A DNA stretch of 64,000 nucleotides from a virus, in the IMG/VR virus record IMGVR_UViG_3300028898_000117; one strand, written 5' to 3'. Positions 1-7,279 of the stretch are shown here, one piece after another. The notes beneath the pieces were generated by a model that saw nothing but the letters and a program-made list of their open reading frames with translations, was not told the DNA's origin and did no database searches. The translations under genes and the position numbers were made by a program. Numbering within the stretch: position 1 is the first letter of the stretch; every line of letters begins with the position of its first letter.

Positions 1-1
1 A

Positions 2-295
2 TACGATATTAGGATTGTACTTTGTGTTTCTATCCTGCTGGGGGCGCTTTTAGCGAAGCCGATTCTTAAATTAAAAGCATTACTAGTTAATGTTATAGTT
101 TTTAAACCAGTTGTGAGCAAACTGCTAGAAAAAATTGAAGATCCATTTTATTTTAAAAATATAAAAGTGTGGTGCTATTATACCCATAAAAATGCAACAA
201 TATCAGAGCTGTATGAGCGCCATGAGGACATGATTAAGGCTCTTAAGAAAGAGATTGAAGAGCTTAAAAAAACAAAGGAGAAAATTAATGGATGA
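2..295 (+). CDS. hypothetical membrane-anchored protein, 5'-partial
   Basis: The frame of track ORF 113..295 stays open back to nt 2 (YDIRIVLCVSILLGALLAKPILKLK...). This gives a hydrophobic helix followed by a K/E-rich coiled-coil tail. The GTG at 113 has no RBS, so the true start probably lies upstream of the window. Confidence 0.4.
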   Translation, partial: YDIRIVLCVSILLGALLAKPILKLKALLVNVIVFKPVVSKLLEKIEDPFYFKNIKVWCYYTHKNATISELYERHEDMIKALKKEIEELKKTKEKING

Positions 296-524
296 ACTAC
301 TTAGTAAAATGGCGGAGCATATTCAGTGTTGTGTTCATTTACATATGCAGGGCATGGGCGAGACACTGGTTGAAATGAATGAAATCGTTAAAAAATTAAA
401 AACAGAGGGGGTTGATTTTGATAAATTTTCGATATTTTCTTCTGAAAAATTTAAAATTTCTAAAGAAGAATTTGAACAAGACCCCATTGTTAAAAAAGTA
501 AAAGACCTCTTTATGATGGAGTGA
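288..524 (+). CDS. hypothetical protein
   Basis: AAGGAG lies about 8 nt upstream of ATG 288, which is in frame with track ORF 255..524. No recognisable domain. Confidence 0.5.
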   Translation: MDELLSKMAEHIQCCVHLHMQGMGETLVEMNEIVKKLKTEGVDFDKFSIFSSEKFKISKEEFEQDPIVKKVKDLFMME

Positions 525-528
525 ATAA

Positions 529-795
529 ATGAAATATATATTTCTACTTTTACTTCTAACAGGCTGTAATCATCTTGGTCTTTACACTAAAAAAGATGTT
601 GTCCGCATCAATACGGCAATTCTAAAACTTCATCAAGACGTGTGTGGTGACACTATTTGCGAGTCGTCAGAGGATATAAATAGGCCCGAGATAATGCTAC
701 GGCTTGCGGCGCAGACTCTTGAATGGGAATGGATGGATAGTGTTGGTACAGAGTTTTATGACGTAGAATATGAAACAAGGGAGTGGCAGGAGTGA
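529..795 (+). CDS. lipoprotein (lipobox LLTGC)
   Basis: N-terminus MKYIFLLLLLTGCNH is a signal peptide plus lipobox cysteine. It is a paralog of 1127..1453. Confidence 0.65.
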   Translation: MKYIFLLLLLTGCNHLGLYTKKDVVRINTAILKLHQDVCGDTICESSEDINRPEIMLRLAAQTLEWEWMDSVGTEFYDVEYETREWQE

Positions 796-1130
796 ACACA
801 TTAGTTATCGCAATTTTATTGGCTATTTATTTCGTAGGGGTATTTTTTGGGTATTTGTGGCGATATGTGGCTTTATTGGCCATGAAGAATCCGACGGCAG
901 GCACAACCAACGGTGTTACTTTTAAAGAGAATCTTCGTATTCTGTTAGCCGCATCGCTTTGGCCTGTAAGATGGTTTGGTTACTACATACAAGGATTGAA
1001 AAATAATCGAGATGGCCTTAAATGGTATGAGGCCCGATATGAAGATTGTATATATGTGTGGCCGCTTTCATTTCCAGTATTGTTAGTCGTGGCAATCATA
1101 ATAATTATCATTGGGATGTATCTTAAATGA
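783..1130 (+). CDS. multi-pass membrane protein
   Basis: Three hydrophobic segments are visible: TLVIAILLAIYFVGVFFGYLW, ILLAASLWPVRWFGYYI and PLSFPVLLVVAIIIIIIGMYL. The gene is sandwiched between the two lipoprotein paralogs. Confidence 0.6.
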   Translation: MAGVNTLVIAILLAIYFVGVFFGYLWRYVALLAMKNPTAGTTNGVTFKENLRILLAASLWPVRWFGYYIQGLKNNRDGLKWYEARYEDCIYVWPLSFPVLLVVAIIIIIIGMYLK

Positions 1131-1453
1131 AATACTTATTCGCTCTACTCATTTTAACTGGGTGCAATCACTTTGGATATTATTCGAAAAGTGACGTTGT
1201 GAATATGAATCGAGCATATCGAGAGGTCTTCACGGTGATTTATTATCACGACAACAAGTGTGAGACTAAATCGAAGCAAAGATTAAATCCTCAAAAGGTT
1301 TTAAAGCACTTTGATCTCGGTCTTGAAATGTTGTGGCGAAACATTCCGAATGGGGATATTGGGGATTTTATTGATGCTTACATAGAGGAGCAGAAGTCGA
1401 TTTATTATGACCGTGATTTTGATTGTAAGTGGGACAACTTAGATAGGTGGTAA
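1127..1453 (+). CDS. lipoprotein (lipobox ILTGC), paralog of 529..795
   Basis: N-terminus MKYLFALLILTGCNHFGYYSKSDVV aligns with MKYIFLLLLLTGCNHLGLYTKKDVV of 529..795. Confidence 0.65.
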   Translation: MKYLFALLILTGCNHFGYYSKSDVVNMNRAYREVFTVIYYHDNKCETKSKQRLNPQKVLKHFDLGLEMLWRNIPNGDIGDFIDAYIEEQKSIYYDRDFDCKWDNLDRW

Positions 1454-1455
1454 AA

Positions 1456-1698
1456 ATGGTAGGAAATAATAGTTGGAATTATGAAGACAGAGAAGTTTTT
1501 GATAAGGGGCGAAAAGAAAAGATTATATTTGCGTGGAAGCCATATAAGACAGATAAAGGATGGCGCTGGCTTACTAATATTAGGAGAGTTTCAACGATTG
1601 AGTGGGTTAAAGACACTTCAGTTTTAAATTCCATTACATCATTTCTTGGACTTGATTTATCGGGTGATCAAGAAGTTATAAGATATGAAAGTCTTTAG
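1456..1698 (+). CDS. hypothetical protein
   Basis: ATG 1456 is preceded by TAGGTGG. The track ORF starts at GTG 1447 in the same frame. No domain recognised. Confidence 0.5.
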   Translation: MVGNNSWNYEDREVFDKGRKEKIIFAWKPYKTDKGWRWLTNIRRVSTIEWVKDTSVLNSITSFLGLDLSGDQEVIRYESL

Positions 1699-1710
1699 AG
1701 AGGCGACAAG

Positions 1711-1962
1711 ATGACATTAGATACTGAGACACAAGTTTTTATTTTACTTCTTGGGGGATTTTTGGGGGCATGCTTTACTTACCCAATCTATAAACTATTC
1801 TCAGAATACAAAATTCATGAAAGAGTGTTTAATGCGCTCACATTTGCTGTAATAGTAACACTCTTTTTCATTGGGTTGTTAATAGTTTCTCCTCTGCTAT
1901 TTCCGATTTATCTTCTTGCTGGAATGTTTGAAGCAATTAAAAATAATGAAGTACCACTCTAG
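1711..1962 (+). CDS. small multi-pass membrane protein (holin-sized)
   Basis: 83 aa with 2-3 hydrophobic helices (FILLLGGFLGACFTYPIY, FNALTFAVIVTLFFIGLLIV, SPLLFPIYLLAGMF). Confidence 0.6.
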   Translation: MTLDTETQVFILLLGGFLGACFTYPIYKLFSEYKIHERVFNALTFAVIVTLFFIGLLIVSPLLFPIYLLAGMFEAIKNNEVPL

Positions 1963-1971
1963 GGAGGAAAT

Positions 1972-2532
1972 ATGAAATTAAACATAGTTAGTGATTATCA
2001 TCTTGGCGCACCGAACGCGCTCGGGAGCCTTAAAGATTTTTTGGATGAGTTGAAAAAATACGAGTCACTTTATTCCATAGGAGACAATTTTGACTTTGCG
2101 AATATGAAGAAAAAACATATTGAAGGCTACAAGATTCACTATGAAACCCTAAAAAAAGTATTTGTTCATATAGATGGCAATCACGAGCGTTTTAGCAAAA
2201 CCAATGATACAATAAAAGTTGATGGCGTCTTACTTGCTCATGGGGACTTTGAATTTTGGGGAGAGGAAAAAGCAGTAGCATACCGATCTGAGCCTCAAGG
2301 TGCTGGGCTGTTTAAAAGGGCATTTATTGTAAATGCCATCGAGTCGTTTGAGAGATTTAGGACTGCTAAGATAGAAGAGGACTTTTTAAATCGCGCCTCA
2401 ACCTTGGCAAAGCTAAATGGGTGTCACACCTACATTTGTGGGCATAAGCATCCTGATAAGCGCATTGAGACCAAATACAACGGCGTCAGAATTATTGTGC
2501 TTGAGCGTGGTTTTAGTGAGATTGAGGTATGA
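1972..2532 (+). CDS. calcineurin-like metallophosphoesterase
   Basis: The ordered motifs are SDYHLG (DxH), GDNFDF (GD), DGNHER (GNHE), LAHGD and CGHKHP (GHxH). A GGGAGG RBS precedes the start. Confidence 0.7.
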   Translation: MKLNIVSDYHLGAPNALGSLKDFLDELKKYESLYSIGDNFDFANMKKKHIEGYKIHYETLKKVFVHIDGNHERFSKTNDTIKVDGVLLAHGDFEFWGEEKAVAYRSEPQGAGLFKRAFIVNAIESFERFRTAKIEEDFLNRASTLAKLNGCHTYICGHKHPDKRIETKYNGVRIIVLERGFSEIEV

Positions 2533-3164
2533 TTTTTGATTCAATGGGACTGGTACAAGATAACGGAGCTAGTGACTGGGCTGATAGCGCAAGATTGGCT
2601 GGACTCATGGCACTATTTGATCATCCAAATGCTCCAGATTGCTCAAAGTATTTTGTGAAAACTGAAAATGGATTTTTTCCAGTAAGGCACCCGACTCAAA
2701 CTAAGTACCCAGAAAATGAACCACGATGCATGAGTGGTGATCAAATAGCATGCTTATCTGCTGGGCTATGGAAACAAGGGTATATTACAAAAGCTCGTAG
2801 GATTTATGATCTGTGCGGCTGGTGGGCACCGAACAACATGAATGAAAAGACCAAGAAATGGAAAGTTCCTGACTTTATTCAACCGAATATGAAAAACCAC
2901 CTCGCTCTGTGCGCTCACAGGAAGGGATTTTGGTTTGGTTACAAATGGCTTGAGTGGAGCATTAAAATGAATGCGAAGTTCTCTCCGTTTCGCGAACCAA
3001 ATCAGTTAATAGCCATGTGCAGTATTGCTGGACTTGAATATTTAAAAATGTACAAGAGTAGCTGTGACTGGAAATTGGCAATTAAGCTTTACTGGGCATC
3101 AAGCTACAGGAAAGAATCGGACTGGGCTGATTTTATGATCAATCAAATGGAGACAGTTAAGTGA
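2529..3164 (+). CDS. hypothetical protein
   Basis: 211-aa ORF with ATGA coupling to the upstream gene. No domain recognised. Confidence 0.6.
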   Translation: MIFDSMGLVQDNGASDWADSARLAGLMALFDHPNAPDCSKYFVKTENGFFPVRHPTQTKYPENEPRCMSGDQIACLSAGLWKQGYITKARRIYDLCGWWAPNNMNEKTKKWKVPDFIQPNMKNHLALCAHRKGFWFGYKWLEWSIKMNAKFSPFREPNQLIAMCSIAGLEYLKMYKSSCDWKLAIKLYWASSYRKESDWADFMINQMETVK

Positions 3165-3505
3165 AGGCACTAAGTATTCGTCAACCATGGGCATATTTAA
3201 TCGTGCATGCTGGTAAAGACATTGAGAACAGGAAATGGAACACAAAGTTTCGCGGAAAATTTTTAATTCACGCATCAAAGCAAGTCGATAAAGAGGCAAT
3301 TAAAAAGTACAGGCATTTGCTACCTAAGTCCTTGGATCTGGGTGGAATAATTGGCGAGGCTAAACTCGTTGATGTTGTCCAGAGGAGTAATAGCGAATGG
3401 TTTCAAGGGCCGCATGGATTTGTTTTGAGAGATGCTAAACCTTTGCCTTTTAAATCATGTGTTGGGCAATTACGATTTTTTGATGTGACTGATGAGCAAA
3501 ATTGA
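3161..3505 (+). CDS. ASCH (PUA-like) domain protein
   Basis: N-terminus MKALSIRQPWAYLIVHAGKDIENRKW matches the ASCH signature (SIrqPWa..I..G.K.iEnR). Confidence 0.65.
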   Translation: MKALSIRQPWAYLIVHAGKDIENRKWNTKFRGKFLIHASKQVDKEAIKKYRHLLPKSLDLGGIIGEAKLVDVVQRSNSEWFQGPHGFVLRDAKPLPFKSCVGQLRFFDVTDEQN

Positions 3506-3590
3506 AAATTTTATTGTTATTGTGTTGTCGATATGCTTACTTCTTATGTGTTCGGCTATAGTGATTCAACTTACAACTGGTAGGTGTTAA
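3492..3590 (+). CDS. possible 32-aa hydrophobic peptide (not in ORF track)
   Basis: ATG 3492 opens MSKIENFIVIVLSICLLLMCSAIVIQLTTGRC. Its TAA abuts ATG 3591 of the next gene and fills an otherwise non-coding gap. Confidence 0.3.
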   Translation: MSKIENFIVIVLSICLLLMCSAIVIQLTTGRC

Positions 3591-3920
3591 ATGAAAGATT
3601 GCGCGATCATAATTAAAAACTCAGTGGACCCAGAGACAGGTAAAAGCGGCATTGAACTCCAGCTTGTATTCACCCGCAAGGAAAGTGACAAGTCAGCTCC
3701 AAGTGAGGCTGAAGAGTTTGGCCAATTCGCATTTAAAGCTGTGTGCAACCTTTATGAAACAGTGACAAACCCACCAGATAAGCCACAACCAAAATTAACA
3801 GGTGTTGGTTCAGAATTAGGACACAATCGTTTTGGCGCTCCAGTGCCACAAGCTCAGTTCACGCCGCCCACAATTTTGCCTGGTGATGAGAGAGATTTAA
3901 AGTCCACAGGAAAAAGCTAG
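3591..3920 (+). CDS. hypothetical protein
   Basis: 109-aa ORF with GGTAGGTG upstream. No domain recognised. Confidence 0.55.
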   Translation: MKDCAIIIKNSVDPETGKSGIELQLVFTRKESDKSAPSEAEEFGQFAFKAVCNLYETVTNPPDKPQPKLTGVGSELGHNRFGAPVPQAQFTPPTILPGDERDLKSTGKS

Positions 3921-3926
3921 GCTCTT

Positions 3927-3996
3927 TCTTTCTGGTGAGAATCGAACTCACGCTCCCCCGATATACTCGGGACTTTACCAATTAAGCTACAGAAAC
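3927..3996 (-). tRNA. tRNA-like gene with aberrant anticodon arm (anticodon undetermined, possibly TAT)
   Basis: The reverse complement folds with acceptor GTTTCTG/CAGAAAG, D arm GCTT-AATTGGTA-AAGT and T arm GTGAG-TTCGATT-CTCAC. However, 1:72 is G:G, and the anticodon arm CCCGA-GTATA-TCGGG gives a non-canonical loop. Confidence 0.5.
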
Positions 3997-4106
3997 GAGA
4001 TATGCGCATTTACCCCTGCATGATGGCCACCATGTGCGACGATGCAACCAATTTACATGCTTCTGTGGACCACATCAGCTTATCATTTTAAAATTATAAT
4101 TTAATA

Positions 4107-4169
4107 ATTATATCAGATCGGGTATGAAATCACGACCATGGTGTTGATATTATATCAGATCGGGTATGA
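4107..4169. repeat. two perfect 21-bp direct repeats ATTATATCAGATCGGGTATGA (4107..4127 and 4149..4169)
   Basis: Read directly from the sequence. The repeats sit 42 bp apart centre to centre and flank the palindrome ACCATGGT (4135..4142). They lie in the gap between the leftward phosphoesterase gene and the tRNA-like gene. Confidence 0.9.
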
Positions 4170-4191
4170 TTTTTATAGCTGACTTGATACT

Positions 4192-4944
4192 TTAGCCCTT
4201 GAACATCTTGCCTTGAAAAACTGTTGTGAAGTCCTCACTGATTTCACAGATGTCGTATTCCCATTGATTTGTGTGTGGGTCGATTAAAACTATTGTAAAG
4301 CCCATTTGCCATGAGAAGTGGCCTTTGACGTAACCGAAAACCTCATCCTTGCGCTTGTCACCAAGCCAACCATCAGACCAGCACCTTAATTCGTTTATAA
4401 GGCCCTTTACTCGGGCCTCCTCGATGCGATGAGTGTGTCCCCAAGATAATGAGCACATGCCCTTTTTAAGCGTCGCCAGGGCTGTTGAGGCAAGAGGTTC
4501 GTGTCGAAGGTAAAGGTCAGTGTCCATCACTTGGAGTTTTTGATCTGGCCAATAACGATGCCAACTCCAGTTAGGACGCCCTTCAATCTCAAGAAGTTGT
4601 TGTGCAGTGATGAAACCAAACAAATCAGCAGCTTTATTTTGGATGTACCTTGCAAGACGGTACTCGTGATTGCCTTCGACGTAGTATTTCCTTGCATCGG
4701 GAAACAAGTGATCAAGTTCATTGAGAGCAAAACGAGTGTCAGCGACTTCATCCTCGAGGGACTTAAATATTCTTGGGTCTTTAGCTCCATGCTGATGTAA
4801 ATTATAAAAATCAGCGAAGTCACCCTTGATGTAGATGCGTTTCACTCCAACATAGGATGCGACTTCGAGCATGATATTGTATGCTCTTTGGGAGTGGAAT
4901 GGCCTGTGAACATCGGGTATTAGTAGAACAGGTATTAAATCCAT
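4192..4944 (-). CDS. calcineurin-like metallophosphoesterase (phage protein-phosphatase-like)
   Basis: Motifs are IPDVHRPFH, KGDFADF, EGNHEYR and WGHTHR. It is one of only two protein-coding genes on the minus strand in the window. Confidence 0.7.
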   Translation of the reverse strand: MDLIPVLLIPDVHRPFHSQRAYNIMLEVASYVGVKRIYIKGDFADFYNLHQHGAKDPRIFKSLEDEVADTRFALNELDHLFPDARKYYVEGNHEYRLARYIQNKAADLFGFITAQQLLEIEGRPNWSWHRYWPDQKLQVMDTDLYLRHEPLASTALATLKKGMCSLSWGHTHRIEEARVKGLINELRCWSDGWLGDKRKDEVFGYVKGHFSWQMGFTIVLIDPHTNQWEYDICEISEDFTTVFQGKMFKG

Positions 4945-5078
4945 TGCTTACATGTTACTCGAAAAATTTAAGGAAATTTCACTCAGTCCGAAAAACTGGA
5001 CTCAGGGGTTTCTTCCGCATATTTAATTTTACAGTTGATAATTTGCTTTTAAAGTCCAGATATTTTGTTTTTGAACGG

Positions 5079-5106
5079 TTGACAAGTTTTCCTTGCTTGT
5101 TACTGT
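5079..5106 (+). promoter_or_regulatory. candidate sigma70-like promoter for the rightward KH-domain operon
   Basis: A perfect TTGACA sits at 5079..5084, with a weak -10 TACTGT after a 16-nt spacer. It lies in the divergent gap between the leftward and rightward genes. Confidence 0.3.
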
Positions 5107-5128
5107 CAGAGCACACATTGGAGGTAAA

Positions 5129-5446
5129 ATGCTAGGAAATTTATTTAAAGAAAAAAACAAAACACCTAAGCTCGAAATGAATGAGGAAAAGGCTGAAGAG
5201 ATTGCTGACAATATTCACGACATTGTGAAAAAGTTTGTACGCCATCCAGATGCAGCACTTGTGAAGGTTGACCGTGGCGATCAAGCATACTTGCTAACCG
5301 TATGCGTAGCAGAGGAAGATCGAGGGCAAGTTATTGGCAAAAAGGGCGCAATGTCTGAGGCCCTGCGAGTAATTGCCAGAGCGCAGTCAGTTAAGCTTGG
5401 CGTTCGTGTGGTATTAACCATCGAAGGAAATGGGAGAGATCAATGA
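5129..5446 (+). CDS. KH-domain RNA-binding protein (KhpA/YlqC-like)
   Basis: The stretch HPDAALVKVDRGDQAYLLTVCVAEEDRGQVIGKKGAMSEALRVIARA matches the UPF0109/KhpA layout with the VIGKxG loop. A GGAGG RBS lies 5 nt before ATG 5129. Confidence 0.7.
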   Translation: MLGNLFKEKNKTPKLEMNEEKAEEIADNIHDIVKKFVRHPDAALVKVDRGDQAYLLTVCVAEEDRGQVIGKKGAMSEALRVIARAQSVKLGVRVVLTIEGNGRDQ

Positions 5447-6156
5447 AAATCGTACTCTGGCACTACATTCTTATTAGCTTGGTTGCTTTATCCACGCTTG
5501 TCGCTTTCAAGGACCCATGGCAAGACGATGGAAGTGTGGCGCCCCTTCCGGTTTTAATAGCTCCGCAACCGCTACAAGGATGGGTGCCAGAGTACGATGA
5601 GTTTATTAAATATGAGGTTCGTGATGAAGTAAGTCTCATGCATTTTCCAGGGAGACTTATGGACTTATGCCCACATTGGGGGCGACTCAATGAGCAGCAT
5701 CGAACACAGTTCTATGCAGACTTGCTGTACTCAATTGCTGGTCCTGAAAGTACATGGACAAGGACTGCTATGCACAGAGAGCCAAGGCTTGGAGTGGATG
5801 CCATCACTGGCATGCCCCTTGTGAGCGAGGGACTGCTTCAGATGAGCTATCAGGATGCAAAATGGTATCACTGTAATTTCGACTATGAAAAGGATGAAAA
5901 AGCTTATCTTGATGACTGGAATGCCAGGACTGAAAACCGATCATGGGTGTCGAATCATCCAGAGAGATCAACTTTAAATGCATACAACAATTTGCAATGC
6001 GGTTTGCTTGTGATGAGCAGATTAGCAAGTCGCAAGCTTGGTGAGTCGTTCACAAAACTGATGGGCAGATATTGGGCCGTGATGCGAAGTGAGCGTCCAG
6101 GCTATCAACGAGTTGTGGAAACAATGCAAGACAGGGCAAAATACTGCTATGAGTGA
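5443..6156 (+). CDS. exported protein, possible lytic transglycosylase (SLT-like)
   Basis: It has an N-terminal hydrophobic signal/anchor. It also carries GPESTW...SEGLLQMSYQD and AYNNLQCGLLVM, which resemble the ES...GLMQ...AYN motifs of SLT domains. Confidence 0.45.
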   Translation: MKIVLWHYILISLVALSTLVAFKDPWQDDGSVAPLPVLIAPQPLQGWVPEYDEFIKYEVRDEVSLMHFPGRLMDLCPHWGRLNEQHRTQFYADLLYSIAGPESTWTRTAMHREPRLGVDAITGMPLVSEGLLQMSYQDAKWYHCNFDYEKDEKAYLDDWNARTENRSWVSNHPERSTLNAYNNLQCGLLVMSRLASRKLGESFTKLMGRYWAVMRSERPGYQRVVETMQDRAKYCYE

Positions 6157-6186
6157 TTTTAAGTATTACTTATCAAGGCAGAAGAT

Positions 6187-6243
6187 TTGAAATTTGAATT
6201 TCAATAATTAAACCCTTGAAAAACAAATTTTCCTGTATAAGAT
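6187..6243 (+). promoter_or_regulatory. 8-bp inverted repeat plus promoter-like element
   Basis: The inverted repeat is TTGAAATT-tg-AATTTCAA at 6187..6204. It is followed by TTGAAA (6216..6221), a 16-nt spacer and TAAGAT (6238..6243), upstream of GTG 6269. Confidence 0.3.
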
Positions 6244-6268
6244 TTACAAACAAAGTACAGGGGGATGT

Positions 6269-7279
6269 GTGCAAAAATGGGTTATTGAAATCGCAGGACC
6301 TTTAGTTCAAGACAAAACATATATCAGCAAATCGTCGAATGGTTTTCACAAAACCTTATCACTATTAGTGGCGACAAAATTTGATAGCGACACAGAGGCG
6401 TCAACATTCATGATGGAAAATGCTCACGCTATTGATGCAGTCTGTGGCAATGGCGAGACATATAAAATTTCGACCATTACTATCGGTGAAACAAAACCAA
6501 TGTACCAGCCAAAATCAACCCCGAAAGATAATGTTGGGTACATGATAGCTGGGTCATTCAGAGATGTCGCAAACGACACTGAAATCATTTTATATTTGCT
6601 TGAGAGTGAAGCCTTGCAGGGTGGTACTTGGATAAAAGTAAAATGGAGTGCTAATCCAACAATTTGCAGGGTGTTTAAGACAGAAGATAGTGCTTGGGAT
6701 GCAGGGAAATCAGTGTACACAAGGATGTTGGCTATAGACTCGAATAAACAAATGGTTCGCTTGGCTGTGGTAACTCGTGATGAGGTGATTGAGAATGCGA
6801 GCAAAAACAAACGAGAATCGTATTCGACACTTGGATTTGAAGGACCTATGGAAAAGCCTTCGATTAAGAAACAATTGGAACCGATCATAAGTTTTAAAAT
6901 AGAAAAGGAACAAGATCGAGATATGGAATTTCTACCTAATTCTGAGGAGCTTGCAAAAAGCGTAGTTCAAAAACATGAATACCTTGAAAACAAAGTTTCA
7001 AAATCAGTCACTCATCCGGCGCATTACAATCAAGGAAAAATCGAGGTCTTAGAATTCATTATTGATAAGCAGTTATCGTACAATGTTGGCCAAGTGGTGA
7101 AGTATGTTGCTCGGGCTGGCAAGAAGGATAAAGACGCGCACATGCAGGACCTTGAAAAAGCTTTGTTTTACCTGGCAAATGAAATCAACCTTGTGAATGC
7201 ATCAAGGGGGCAAGTAGCCCTAAGACCAAACCAGTTGGGTGATCGTATTGACAACTTTTTAAAGGATTTGAAGAAATGA
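6269..7279 (+). CDS. DUF3310-domain protein with unknown N-terminal domain
   Basis: The C-terminus HPAHYNQGKIEVLEFIIDKQLSYNVGQVVKYVARAGKKDKDAHMQDLEKALFYL matches the DUF3310 signature. The start is GTG with a GGGGGA RBS. Confidence 0.65.
   Translation: MQKWVIEIAGPLVQDKTYISKSSNGFHKTLSLLVATKFDSDTEASTFMMENAHAIDAVCGNGETYKISTITIGETKPMYQPKSTPKDNVGYMIAGSFRDVANDTEIILYLLESEALQGGTWIKVKWSANPTICRVFKTEDSAWDAGKSVYTRMLAIDSNKQMVRLAVVTRDEVIENASKNKRESYSTLGFEGPMEKPSIKKQLEPIISFKIEKEQDRDMEFLPNSEELAKSVVQKHEYLENKVSKSVTHPAHYNQGKIEVLEFIIDKQLSYNVGQVVKYVARAGKKDKDAHMQDLEKALFYLANEINLVNASRGQVALRPNQLGDRIDNFLKDLKK

Noticed and set aside
4002-4091. 29-codon ORF (MRIYPCMMATMCDD...) in the gap next to the tRNA-like gene
   Set aside because: It has no RBS and no recognisable features, and it overlaps the palindromic elements. 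It is more likely non-coding.
3927-4169. tRNA-like gene plus direct repeats as a prophage attachment site (attP/attL)
   Set aside because: No integrase or excisionase is present in the window, and phage-like genes continue on both sides. The repeats do not overlap the tRNA-like sequence. The idea cannot be supported from this window.
6424-6888. Long antisense or alternative-frame ORFs in the track, such as 6424..6888, 12736..13263, 31169..31573, 35489..35908, 48604..48954, 55688..56071 and 60530..60892
   Set aside because: All lie entirely inside longer ORFs that carry recognisable motifs or operon-consistent packing. Their translations are compositionally odd, so they are treated as shadow ORFs.
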